NCBI GenBank assembly: GCA_040222015.1
Contig: JAVJWO010000095.1
Location: 1-59,718 of the forward strand
Reading direction: 5' to 3'
DNA: 59,718 nucleotides
Source of the DNA: Coleofasciculus chthonoplastes F2-STO-03
GTDB lineage: Bacteria; Cyanobacteriota; Cyanobacteriia; Cyanobacteriales; Coleofasciculaceae
Position numbers and translations under genes: made by a program. The stretch's first letter is position 1. The number at the start of each line of letters is the position of its first letter. Positions 47,114 through 57,642 of this stretch are shown here, one piece after another. Below the pieces are notes generated by a model that ran no database searches, was not told the DNA's origin, and saw nothing but the letters and a program-made list of their open reading frames with translations.

Positions 47114-48280
47114 TGTAGATTAGTTTCTCTTGTACTTATGAGATGAAAGGGTGTTGTAGCATTCTGAAATTATTGGCAGCGAAAATTAAGCCGATGCCGG
47201 GGTAAACACTGTTGTAAGATTTGGCAAATCATACTAGATAAGGCGCGTAGACAAGCATTAAGTGGCACTGATTTAAGGGAGTAAGCACAAAGCGATAGTA
47301 GAGCGCTCACAGGCTTACCTACAAACACTTAATTCAGCACTATTCTGTTTAAGGCTTCTCTCAAATTGACCCAAAACACAGGAGTCTTGGTTGATTCAAT
47401 TACTTTCAACCAAGTAAGTCATCAGGGTTTATCCTGATTGACGATTTTTTTCCAATGGTGTGATTGAATTTTGGAAAAAAGGACAGAAAACCAATATCTA
47501 CATTGCTAACCGGAAAGCGTTGGCATCAAGGGAGTACAATAAGTAGACGACTCACCTTGACTCGCTTGACAGGTAATCCTGACAAGCCGCTCTAGTCTTC
47601 CCTTAGCGGGTTTTGGGTTAATTACTTTTGTCAGAATGCCCGTTGGCAAAACAGTGAACCAATTGATTTTGTCAAAGGGTCTTACTTACAAACCAAACTT
47701 GGCTTGCCACCGATCTTACGCCTCATTAGCGCCGTTGTTGCCAACCAATAGTCTGTTTGATCGGTAGGTTTCCATTTTAAGTTACACCCGTGATTAATTT
47801 GCTGATCTGGGTTCAGCGGTTTTGTGGTAATATCCATCCTTATTGCTATTCTAAATTTTTCATCAATCATGAGTGTGTTACTGATGAATTCACTGATAAT
47901 CAATCTGCCCGTTCAGACCAAACAGTTTGGCTAAAGGAAATTATCTCTGACCACAAACAATTGTCGGCAGGTAAGGGAAGTCGCCCTCGTTTCAAGATTT
48001 AATGCACCTTTGCTAGTGTAACGCTTTACGTTTCTTACTCTTTCGCTGATTTAAGGAATTTATTAATTTCTAGAAATTCATATATAAAACTTATTAAAAA
48101 ACGTGTCTAAAAAAGTGAATAAAGTATTATTTGTCAATAAGTAAAAATACTGAGGATGCCCGAAACGGAAAAACGGCTATCGACGATTGACTATTTCCTT
48201 TCAGGTTCTTAGCCTGTAGCGGTTGATAGAGTGAGTCATTGTAAAGTATTTTAATTTAAATTGAGTTAGGTTAACCAGGC

Positions 48281-49201
48281 TCAATTACAGCGCGATCGCT
48301 CTTCCAGCCAATGTTCCAAATCGGCTAAACGGTTAAAGTCTAAAAAATCTTCTCCTAAACGTTCTAACTCTTCAATCGATAACGCTTCAATTTGGCTGGT
48401 TATCGCGATATTAATCTCGCCAAAACGCTTTTTGAGTTGACGCAGGATTAACGCGATCGCTTCCATGAGTTTTCCTTCTTCTTTGCCTTCTTCTTTGGCA
48501 TAAGTTATCCGCCCTTTCTCATCTTGTAACATTATCCCTCGGCGATCAACCACGTCTAACTCTTCTACCGTCATTTTGGCTTGGTTGGCAATATTTAAAG
48601 CCAGTTCTATCTCACGGACTTCTCTTAAATTATCGGGTATGGCATCCAAGGTTGCAGCTTCTTTAATAAAATAAATCCATTTATCGCTTAAACTATTTAA
48701 TTCTGACAGGGTTTTCTTGAATTTAGGCAATTCTATAAAAATGAGTTGCAATTCGGTATCGGGATAGACGATTTTTTTCGTTTTTTCTTGAAATATAAAT
48801 TGATTGATTACATCAGGAGTCTGGTTGAACAGGATAAAATCAGTGATAGTGACAGCAATTACCGGGGTAAGACTGAGATAGTCTTCTCCGATACCTAACT
48901 GATTGGTATAAGCTTTGCTTAAATTATAAATGACCCGTTTACTAAAAGCACTGACCCGCGCTATTTGCATTTCAATAACGACAATAGACCGATCATACAA
49001 AACCGCTTTTATGTCTAAATACGTGTCTTTTAATGTTATTGACTGACCGGGATTATAGGGATTGATAATTGTCAAGGATTGAATAATATTCTCGCCCCCA
49101 TAAATTATCGCATTGAGAAAGCTGATTAAAATATCATTACTTTGTTCAGAACCAAATATTTTTTTAAAGGCATAATCTACCTTGGGACTGATAAATTTCA
49201 T
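48281..49201 (-). CDS. Rpn/PD-(D/E)XK family nuclease with C-terminal DUF4351-like domain
   Basis: SPKVDYAFKKIFG, LDIKA, IEMQ and FIELPKF motifs; LILRQLKKRFG tail. Confidence 0.9.
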   Translation of the reverse strand: MKFISPKVDYAFKKIFGSEQSNDILISFLNAIIYGGENIIQSLTIINPYNPGQSITLKDTYLDIKAVLYDRSIVVIEMQIARVSAFSKRVIYNLSKAYTNQLGIGEDYLSLTPVIAVTITDFILFNQTPDVINQFIFQEKTKKIVYPDTELQLIFIELPKFKKTLSELNSLSDKWIYFIKEAATLDAIPDNLREVREIELALNIANQAKMTVEELDVVDRRGIMLQDEKGRITYAKEEGKEEGKLMEAIALILRQLKKRFGEINIAITSQIEALSIEELERLGEDFLDFNRLADLEHWLEERSRCN

Positions 49202-49651
49202 ACTTCCCCCATTTAAGCCTAAATACATTTAATATGGTTGAATCTTACCACAAATAAAACCCTATTTTTCACGGTATGTGGCACAAAGAATGGAGGTGAG
49301 TTTTGACCTTTCGCTTGGCTCAAAGGAACCTGGCGCGTGATACCAAATCTGGAGAACGCTACCCTCGTTATAACTCATACCAAGTTGCAGTCTAAAGTCC
49401 GCGCAGGCGGACTTTGTTTGTGTAGCAGTGATTTCAATCGCTAAATTCATTAACTTGATCAATCAATACCTTTAAGCCGCGACAATGGGCTTGATTCAGT
49501 AGCTGCTGGAAGTCTGCGGCGGGTTTAGTGATATCAGGGTGAAAACTAAACGTTAATGGTAAAACCCGCCCCTACACACAGGACGGGTTTGGCTGTCAAG
49601 CTAGGGAGAATAACCAATACTAGTCCCTCACCCCATCTCCCTTACCTCTCT

Positions 49652-52600
49652 CTACCTCATCGGCGGCGTCTGGAAACTCATCTGTTCCCCGGACATTGGC
49701 ACTGACTCCAGCAACTGAAGAATGCGCTGTAAGGGAATATCTACCCACTTGGGTCGATTATTGAGTTCATAGCCTAACTCATAAATCGACTTCTCAAACA
49801 GATAAGCATCCAACAACACCTGCAACTCCTGAGAGGTTTGGGGAATAAATGAACGCCCTGCACTTGTCGCCAGATAGGTTTTCAGGAACGTATCACTCAC
49901 CCAGGAATACCAGAACCCGGACCATTGTTCCATCACCGAGAGATTATCCGGGCGAATCATACCACTGTCAATTTCATTGCGTAAACCCAGAGTCACCGCA
50001 TAGTGGAACGATTGCAGCATTCCCGCCACATCTCGCAGAGGCGATCGCTTCATCCGCCGTTCACTTAATGGACGGGCGGGTTCTCCCTCAAAGTCAATGA
50101 TAATTAAGTCTTTCCCCGTATATAAGACTTGTCCTAAATGGAAATCCCCATGACAACGAGTCCGCATCGCCGTAATTTGCAGATTGACTATGGCTTTAAA
50201 GCGTCCTAAAATCTGCTCTTGGCGGTTGAGAATGGTTTGGGCTAAAGGCTGAGTTTCCTCCGGTAATACCTCGATCCGTTTTTTCAGTAGCAGTAAAACC
50301 TGACCCGTCAGGTTCCGCATATACTGATACACAGACCGTTGATAGAACGAGGTAAACGGTTCCGGGGCAAAGTTAGGATTCTCCGCATCTGAGGACAACG
50401 CAATATGCAATTGAGCGGTTCGCTTTGCCAACAGTTGGGTTGTATCCAAATAGGGAACAATCAGATTGTAGCCAAAGGGTGGATCGGTTCTATCCAGCGA
50501 CTCGACAGCCGAAGGTAAGAGGAGATCCTTATCCTGTAAATCTGATCCAGGCAATACCATCACTTGCTCAAAATAGCCGCGCAGGGAATCTAAGGTATAG
50601 GACCAAGCATTGGTGGTATTGGGAACAAATGCTTGCAAAGCGCCGATGGTGATTGTATCTGAGTTGGCACCACGATACTCCAACGCCCCCGCCACGGGAA
50701 CAAAATGTTCGGTGACTTTTTTCTCGGTGAGGAAACGCCCAATTTCTAAGTCTGGGTTAATTCCTTCCTCAACCTTGCGGAACAGCTTTAAAATAAAGCG
50801 ATCGCCATACACGATTGAAGTATTACTTTGTTCGCCTCTGAGGAGATGGGGGTCAAGGTGAGTCGCTTCCTGCATCAGTTCAGCCAGGGCGTCCGTTACC
50901 GTAGCCACTAAGGTTCCCGCCTTTCCTTTACAGCGATGCTTGTGACGAACGGCATCTAAGGGGAAGGCTAAAAAGTCCGGTTCAGCTACCGCATCGAATA
51001 ATAAGCCCACCTCTTCGGGTCCCTCAACCTGAAGATAGGCGATGACTTGATTTGCCTGAATGTTCGACCCATCGCCACCCAGTTCCGTTCCTGGCGCGTA
51101 AGCTAAGGGCAGAATGTAGGTTTCTGGGATACCCTCAGTGTATTCGAGTTTGATAAAAATTAACTCCGCCTCGGTTTGTTTATAGGAGACGGGAATGGCT
51201 TCCACAATCTCTGCCGATTGCACTGTCCTTGCCTTACCCCCAAACCAGCGACAAGTATAGAGATAGTTGGGCAAAATTGACTCTAGGGTGGTCTTTAATA
51301 TCGGTTGAGAAAACACCGTTTGCCATTTGCCACTCACCGTCAATGTTGGCGGTTGAACTTGGGAACTGGGGGTTTCTGCTAGAGTGTCTTGCAACTGGAG
51401 GGTAAACCAGTAGAAGCTATGGGGGGTAAGGCTGAGGAAATAGGATGCAGAACCAATCGCTGGGAATTGGGTACGTCCAAATATCTCCACTGGCACCATC
51501 CCTTGGAATGCCGAGAGATCCAATTCCACGGTTTGCACAAATCGCGACAAGTTGGCAACCACTAAGATATGTTCCCCCGCATAAGTACGGGTAAATGCCA
51601 AAACCTTACGGTTATCGGGATGGAGAAACTCAAACGTCCCCCGCCCAAAGGCTTGGAAACGCTGGCGAGTGGCAATTAATCGCTTCATCCACCACCACAG
51701 GGAATTGGGATTCCCCTGCTGCGCTTCCACATTAATCGCTTCGTAATGATATTCTGGGTCAACAATCGGCGGAGCATAGAGTTTTTGCGGATTCGTGCGC
51801 GAGAAGCCAGCATTGCGATCCGCACTCCATTGCATCGGTGTACGTACCCCGTTGCGATCGCCCAGATAAATATTATCGCCCATACCAATCTCATCTCCGT
51901 AGTACAAGACTGGCGTACCCGGAAGAGACAACAGCAACCCATTCATCAATTGAATTTGGTCGCGATTATTCCCCATCAGTGGTGCGAGGCGGCGACGAAT
52001 CCCTAAATTAAGCCGTGCCTGCGGGTCTTCTGCATACACTTTATACATGTAGTCCCGGTCTTCATCACTGACCATTTCCAGGGTCAATTCGTCATGATTT
52101 CGTAGGAACAATGCCCATTGACAGTTATTGGGAATTTGCGGCGTCTGGTTGAGAATATCAATGATGGGGAAATTATCCTCCATCTTTAAGGACATGAACA
52201 GGCGTGGCATTAGGGGAAAATGGAAATTCATGTGGCACTCATCCCCCTGCCCATAATACGCCGCCGCATCTTCGGGCCACTGATTCGCCTCAGCCAACAG
52301 CATCCGATTGGGGAACTTGGCATCAACATGGGTGCGTAACTGTTTTAAGAACGCATGGGTTGCGGCTAAATTCTCACAGCTTGTGCCTTCTTGTTCATAC
52401 AGATACGGCACAGCGTCCATCCGCAGTCCATCTACCCCCATCCCTAACCATAAATCCACAACCTCCAAAATGGCTTTACCTACTTCCGGATTTTCGTAAT
52501 TGAGGTCAGGTTGATGGGAGTAGAAGCGATGCCAGTAATAGGCTTTCGCTAACGGGTCCCACGCCCAGTTAGAATGTTCAAAATCCTGGAAAATAATCCG

Positions 52601-53074
52601 GGCATCTTTATATTTTTCCGGGTTGTCACTCCAAACATAAAAATCCCGTTCATTGCTTCCCTTGGGGGCTTTGCGAGCGCGTTGAAACCAGGGGTGCTGA
52701 TCGGAGGTATGGTTAACAATTAACTCAATAATTACCCGTATCCCCCGTTGATGTGCTGCCTCTAAGAGCGTTTGCAAGTCTTCGATTGTGCCAAAAATGG
52801 GATTAATTTTTTTATATTCGGCAATATCGTAGCCATCATCTTTCAGCGGAGAGGGGAAAAAGGGTAATGTCCAGATTGCGGTAACCCCTAAATCCCGCAA
52901 ATAATCCAGCTTCGATGTCAATCCGCGCAAGTCACCAACTCCATCGCTATTGCTATCGGCAAAGGCACGAATTGGCACTTCATAGATGATGGCATCTTTA
53001 AACCATAACGGATCATCTTTTAAGATCGAGTTAAGCATTGGTTCTTTGGTAGTTGTTCCTGGTTGATTCGTCAT
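49652..53074 (-). CDS. treS: Trehalose synthase TreS fused to maltokinase (Mak/Pep2)
   Basis: GH13 motifs NHTSDQH, RMDAVPY, EANQW and NHDELTLE; kinase motifs EQSNTS, HGDFHLGQ and DFEGE. Confidence 0.95.
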   Translation of the reverse strand: MTNQPGTTTKEPMLNSILKDDPLWFKDAIIYEVPIRAFADSNSDGVGDLRGLTSKLDYLRDLGVTAIWTLPFFPSPLKDDGYDIAEYKKINPIFGTIEDLQTLLEAAHQRGIRVIIELIVNHTSDQHPWFQRARKAPKGSNERDFYVWSDNPEKYKDARIIFQDFEHSNWAWDPLAKAYYWHRFYSHQPDLNYENPEVGKAILEVVDLWLGMGVDGLRMDAVPYLYEQEGTSCENLAATHAFLKQLRTHVDAKFPNRMLLAEANQWPEDAAAYYGQGDECHMNFHFPLMPRLFMSLKMEDNFPIIDILNQTPQIPNNCQWALFLRNHDELTLEMVSDEDRDYMYKVYAEDPQARLNLGIRRRLAPLMGNNRDQIQLMNGLLLSLPGTPVLYYGDEIGMGDNIYLGDRNGVRTPMQWSADRNAGFSRTNPQKLYAPPIVDPEYHYEAINVEAQQGNPNSLWWWMKRLIATRQRFQAFGRGTFEFLHPDNRKVLAFTRTYAGEHILVVANLSRFVQTVELDLSAFQGMVPVEIFGRTQFPAIGSASYFLSLTPHSFYWFTLQLQDTLAETPSSQVQPPTLTVSGKWQTVFSQPILKTTLESILPNYLYTCRWFGGKARTVQSAEIVEAIPVSYKQTEAELIFIKLEYTEGIPETYILPLAYAPGTELGGDGSNIQANQVIAYLQVEGPEEVGLLFDAVAEPDFLAFPLDAVRHKHRCKGKAGTLVATVTDALAELMQEATHLDPHLLRGEQSNTSIVYGDRFILKLFRKVEEGINPDLEIGRFLTEKKVTEHFVPVAGALEYRGANSDTITIGALQAFVPNTTNAWSYTLDSLRGYFEQVMVLPGSDLQDKDLLLPSAVESLDRTDPPFGYNLIVPYLDTTQLLAKRTAQLHIALSSDAENPNFAPEPFTSFYQRSVYQYMRNLTGQVLLLLKKRIEVLPEETQPLAQTILNRQEQILGRFKAIVNLQITAMRTRCHGDFHLGQVLYTGKDLIIIDFEGEPARPLSERRMKRSPLRDVAGMLQSFHYAVTLGLRNEIDSGMIRPDNLSVMEQWSGFWYSWVSDTFLKTYLATSAGRSFIPQTSQELQVLLDAYLFEKSIYELGYELNNRPKWVDIPLQRILQLLESVPMSGEQMSFQTPPMR

Positions 53075-53285
53075 TTGTCAAAACACTGATTTCACGGATT
53101 TCTTGGAGAGATAGGGTTAGGGAGGTGAGAGCTTATTGACACTGATTACACCGAAAAGTTAGTTCTCTCATCAAGAGATGATGATTAGGATTTTAAGGTG
53201 TCATTGGTCATTGGAAAAATCCTCCCTTATCTACCCCATCTCCCTCATCTCCCCTATCTACCCCATCTCCCTCACCCACTGCTCT

Positions 53286-55247
53286 CTATTGCCTTACCCA
53301 GAAAACGTGTGCTGGAATATCCTGAGGATTGAGTTCGACATAGTTATGTCCGCCAAACCAGGTGTAGTGGGTATCACTGAGTAGATCATGGAGATGGTAT
53401 TCCTGATAGGGGTCAATGCCAAAGGATTCTAAGGGTAAGTCAATGAAGCCAGCTTGCATCCACTGTGGATCAAAGCTAACCACCATTAGCATCACATCCT
53501 TGCAATCATCAGTCTGTTTGCTGTAACAAATAATCTGGTTATTATCAGTGTGATGAAACTGCAAACTGCCATTACTTTGCAATGCGGGGTGTTCCCGACG
53601 GGCGTGATTGACCCGGGTAATCAAGTCTTTGATTGTATAAGGACTATCTAAATCCCACTCCCGAATCTGATATTTCTCCGAGTTTAAATACTCTTCGCTA
53701 CCGGGTTTGAGCGCCCGATTTTCGCACACTTCAAACGCTGGTCCATAAATCCCATAGTTTGCCGTTAAAGTTGCCGCTAGCACTAAGCGAATCATACAGG
53801 CAGGGCGTCCCCCATGCTGAATAAACTCATGCAAAATATCGGGGGTATTGGGCCAAAAGTTAGGGCGAAAGATGTCATAAGCAGGGGTTTGGGTGAGTTC
53901 GGTGAGATATTGGGTCATTTCCCACTTACTATTACGCCAAGTGAAATAGGTATAGGATTGGGTAAATCCTAGCTTGGCGAGGCGATACATCACCTTGGGA
54001 CGGGTAAAGGATTCCGAGAGGTAAATTAAATCGGGATAGGTTTGTCTCAAATCCGCAATCACCCATTCCCAAAAATTGAATGCCTTGGTATGGGGGTTAT
54101 CAACTCGGAAAATCCGCACGCCTTTTTCAATCCAAAAGAGCATGACACTCCGCAGTTCTTGCCACAGATTTTGCCAGTCTGGGGTTTCAAAGTCAATCGG
54201 ATAAATATCCTGATATTTTTTCGGCGGGTTCTCGGCGTATTGAATGGTTCCATCAGGGCGGCTACGGAACCATTGAGGGTTCTCTTTGACGTAGGGGTGA
54301 TCTGGGGAACATTGGAAGGCTAAGTCTAAGGCAATTTCCAGTCCATGTTCGGCGGCTTTGGCGACAAAGTCCTCAAAGTCAGCCATGGTTCCTAACTGGG
54401 GATGAACCGCCTTGTGTCCGCCTTCGGCTGCACCAATACCCCAGGGTACACCCACATCATCGGGTTCGGCGACATTGGTGTTATTTTTGCCTTTGCGAAA
54501 TTGCTTGCCAATGGGGTGAATGGGGGGCAAATAAAGAACATCAAACCCCATACTGGCAATATAGGGTAAGCGGGCTTGGGCATCTTTGAATGTGCCGTGT
54601 TTGCCCGGTTCACCACCGGAACGGGGAAACATTTCGTACCAGGTGCTAAACTTTGCCCGTTCTCGGTCTACGATAATTTTCAGTTCTTTGTGGTAGGTGC
54701 TGGCAAATTTGCGATCGGGGTATTTTGCCATTAGGGTGGCTAGTTCCGGGGAAATGGCTTTATCGCCTAAAATTGGTTGAGCGACATCTTGCGATCGCAG
54801 CGTCGCAACCCAGGTTTTTAACTGTGCCGCATCATCCCCACTGGCACGTTTTACCGCCTCTTCAACTAGGTTTGCCCCAATCAGTAAGTCAACGGACACA
54901 TCCTGTTCGGCTGCCAATTTCTTGGTCATGTCCCGTTGCCAGGATTTAAAATAGTCAGCCCAGCCCATAATGGTATAGACATAATCCCCCATCTCTGATA
55001 CAGTAAACTCTCCCTGCCAGCTATCGTTCACCGTTGGCGACAGGGGAACCTCAAACCAGGTTTGCGACTTCTGGGGACGGTATAAAATGACACCCGATAC
55101 AGCATCATGACTGTCACAGAACATATCCACTTCTACATGGACTCGTTCCCCAACCGTCCGCTTGATGGCAAAACGACCCCCATCAACTTGGGGCAACACA
55201 CCCTCGATTTGAACTCGTCTCCGACCTTCCTCTGGCAATGGCAGCAT
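53286..55247 (-). CDS. glgE: Alpha-1,4-glucan:maltose-1-phosphate maltosyltransferase
   Basis: WYEMFPRS, ENPPKKYQDI, RVDNPHTK and NTPDIL motifs. Confidence 0.95.
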   Translation of the reverse strand: MLPLPEEGRRRVQIEGVLPQVDGGRFAIKRTVGERVHVEVDMFCDSHDAVSGVILYRPQKSQTWFEVPLSPTVNDSWQGEFTVSEMGDYVYTIMGWADYFKSWQRDMTKKLAAEQDVSVDLLIGANLVEEAVKRASGDDAAQLKTWVATLRSQDVAQPILGDKAISPELATLMAKYPDRKFASTYHKELKIIVDRERAKFSTWYEMFPRSGGEPGKHGTFKDAQARLPYIASMGFDVLYLPPIHPIGKQFRKGKNNTNVAEPDDVGVPWGIGAAEGGHKAVHPQLGTMADFEDFVAKAAEHGLEIALDLAFQCSPDHPYVKENPQWFRSRPDGTIQYAENPPKKYQDIYPIDFETPDWQNLWQELRSVMLFWIEKGVRIFRVDNPHTKAFNFWEWVIADLRQTYPDLIYLSESFTRPKVMYRLAKLGFTQSYTYFTWRNSKWEMTQYLTELTQTPAYDIFRPNFWPNTPDILHEFIQHGGRPACMIRLVLAATLTANYGIYGPAFEVCENRALKPGSEEYLNSEKYQIREWDLDSPYTIKDLITRVNHARREHPALQSNGSLQFHHTDNNQIICYSKQTDDCKDVMLMVVSFDPQWMQAGFIDLPLESFGIDPYQEYHLHDLLSDTHYTWFGGHNYVELNPQDIPAHVFWVRQ

Positions 55248-55675
55248 GATCAACACGTCCTTTAGCTTTAGCTTCTAAAACAGTCGCAGGTGCCCCTTAC
55301 TGTCATACCGCTTTATCCTTCAGCCCTTACTGCTGTTCTTCTGACTCTTGCTAAGGAACTGAAGTTGGTGTAGTTACCTAACTGTAAAGCGTTTCAATAA
55401 ACCTGTCCGACTGCTACCTTAGTTAACTTTACGAATTAATGTCAAGATTTCTATGCAAAATGTTAATAAATGAGACTATAGTCGAAAAGCTTACACAGTA
55501 GACTACAGGAAACGGTCAATCGACGCATCTGACCGAGGAGAGAGTTATTTTTTCAGAAAGGATATTGGCACAGTCACCGGGTTCATGTTTGATGGTTTAT
55601 GGCGATGAACTCGGTTGGTTTAGCAGTAAGTAAGTCGGTAGGGGCAAAAAAACACATAACTTTACATAAATCGCC

Positions 55676-55705
55676 TTGACAAATACTCTTGCCCTGAATT
55701 ATACC
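55676..55705 (+). promoter_or_regulatory. Candidate sigma70-type promoter
   Basis: TTGACA-N18-TATACC. Confidence 0.4.
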
Positions 55706-55953
55706 TATTTATATACAAAGTGAGAAATTCGGAACCATACGAATGAGGCAATCCTGCTTCAGGCGTTGAGTGAGACAGGTTTTGAACATATATATAGAAG
55801 TGAGTAGCGAATGATGTAAGGTTTAGCGAAAAGTTTTGAGGATTGTCTCAGGTCGTGTCGCACAGTTGAGAGGACTGGTACTGCTGAGATAGAAGGACAA
55901 ATCAGTCAATATCTGTTAGATACACCAGGCATTTGATGGGTGTGAGTCTCACG

Positions 55954-55997
55954 AAGCCGGTGAAGTGGATTTAAGTAATCCGCTTCTCCGGCTTTTT
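55954..55997 (+). terminator. Strong intrinsic terminator upstream of the CHAP gene (attenuator or sRNA 3' end)
   Basis: AAGCCGGTGAAGTGGATT-TAAGT-AATCCGCTTCTCCGGCTT followed by a T-run. Confidence 0.7.
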
Positions 55998-56036
55998 GCT
56001 TGTTTCGAGGCAAATTTTCATTGCAGGACAAGAATT

Positions 56037-56912
56037 ATGAAGACGAAGCATTTCCTGTTTGCGATCGCAGCAACAACGGCGGCTATTTTACCCCTTGCTT
56101 CTCTATTGAATCCCAACCCTAGTGAGGCGACAAGTTCAAGATCGTGTCAGTGTACAGATTATGTGGCAAAACGCTTTGGCTTAACCTGGAATTTCGGTCA
56201 TGCTAAGGATTGGAATAACGGTTATTTGCAAAACAATGGGTTTCGCAAAGTTGATGTTAAACCCGGTGCAATTGTCGTTATGGAGACAAGTTTTCCAGGT
56301 GCCAACAGCACTTACGGTCATGTTGGAGTCGTGGAACGGGTAAACTCTAATGGCACAATCGCTGTACGCGGAGCGAATCAGCCAGGTGGTCGATTTTCTC
56401 AGTCGGGTTGTAATAACGTTACAGTTATTAACTTTCGCACAAGTGTTAACAATCGCCGTGACGTATCTTTTTGGGTTCGCGGAAACACGTCCAACCCTCC
56501 TAGTGAATACAAAACCTACTCTATTGGTGACTACGCTCTGAATACGAACAATTACTTTTATCGTATGGATGACAATCCGATTATGTCATCATGGCGACGC
56601 AATGATCGTGATCCAGACCAACATTTTAAACAGTCAAGCGGGAAATGGGGAAAGTTGTTAAAGAACAAATCCACTGGTAAATGTCTCAATGCTCATTATC
56701 TTTATAATGGCGCACGGGTAAACGTTTGGACCTGTCGCGATAATGATCCTGACCAAAACTGGACGTTGACGGATTTGGGTGGTGGCTATTTACAAATCAA
56801 ACGGACTAATACTAACCTCTGTCTCGATATGCCCAATCGCCAAAACTATGGGCGGGTTCATTTGTGGGAATGTAATCGCAATAATCCAAATCAACGTTGG
56901 CGCACTAACTAA
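56037..56912 (+). CDS. Secreted CHAP-domain peptidoglycan hydrolase with a ricin-B lectin domain
   Basis: Signal peptide; QCTDYV...GHVGVV; CL..QxW repeats. Confidence 0.85.
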   Translation: MKTKHFLFAIAATTAAILPLASLLNPNPSEATSSRSCQCTDYVAKRFGLTWNFGHAKDWNNGYLQNNGFRKVDVKPGAIVVMETSFPGANSTYGHVGVVERVNSNGTIAVRGANQPGGRFSQSGCNNVTVINFRTSVNNRRDVSFWVRGNTSNPPSEYKTYSIGDYALNTNNYFYRMDDNPIMSSWRRNDRDPDQHFKQSSGKWGKLLKNKSTGKCLNAHYLYNGARVNVWTCRDNDPDQNWTLTDLGGGYLQIKRTNTNLCLDMPNRQNYGRVHLWECNRNNPNQRWRTN

Positions 56913-57036
56913 TCTGGAATCAACCTTAAATTAAGGAGTCGCCATAATGATTTAGCTTGGGGTTGACTTGGCGAAAATCTTGTCAACCCCGGCTCATCAC
57001 CTATAGCGCTTCTCCGTTTAGTGCAACACCCATTCT

Positions 57037-57255
57037 GTAGGGGCGCACTGACGTGCGCCCGTGTCAACTTAAGCCATAACCCTTACCCATTCTAGTTTTC
57101 AGCTACGGGGTTTCTGCTCCCCTGGTTCTTGTAAAGGGCGGGTTTATTCAAGTTATCAGTTTGGTTTTCCCATGTTATCTGTAAAACCCGCCCCTACACC
57201 CCCCGTTCGCTCGATCTCTTTACCTTAAGTTGACACCAATGACTGACGTGCGCCC
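57037..57255. mobile_element. MITE (GTGTCAACTTAAG inverted repeats) inside a REP, itself containing a REP
   Basis: 14-bp direct repeat ACTGACGTGCGCCC at 57047 and 57242 flanks the inverted repeats. Confidence 0.75.
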
Positions 57256-57273
57256 TCTGCAAACCTGTACCTA

Positions 57274-57642
57274 TTGGCAATAATTACCATGACATCAGGA
57301 ATAAAAATCATGAATATATTTTTGGCTAAAAAGACAATAGTTTTGGGCAAGCTGTTTTTGTTTGAACTGTTGTTTTTGGGTTTATTGGTGTCAAAGGCAC
57401 AAGCGGGTGGAGGTTATCAGCCAATATCCTCAGAATCACGTTTTGAACAATCGGTTTCCTCGATTCTGGCTACACCGAATTGGCAAATCTGGAGTAAACC
57501 CTATTTGTTAAATGGGAACATTTGTCGAGAGAAGGAGGCAAGTTTGGTTTGTTTAACACCTGAACAAGCCCAAGAAAATCGATGGCTTATTCCTTCAACA
57601 GAAGCGCAGGAAGCCAATCCGTTACGGCAAGACTCAAAATGA
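57274..57642 (+). CDS. Hypothetical exported protein (start probably 57310)
   Basis: Signal-like hydrophobic segment ending AQA; one Cys pair. Confidence 0.6.
   Translation: MAIITMTSGIKIMNIFLAKKTIVLGKLFLFELLFLGLLVSKAQAGGGYQPISSESRFEQSVSSILATPNWQIWSKPYLLNGNICREKEASLVCLTPEQAQENRWLIPSTEAQEANPLRQDSK

Noticed and set aside
47682..48002. Two overlapping ~70-aa ORFs upstream of mysA
   Set aside because: No RBS or recognisable motifs and mutually antisense; treated as non-coding.
55736..55997. Known riboswitch (c-di-AMP, c-di-GMP-I, TPP)
   Set aside because: Consensus cores not found by eye (only an isolated GCTGAGA); kept as an unclassified candidate.
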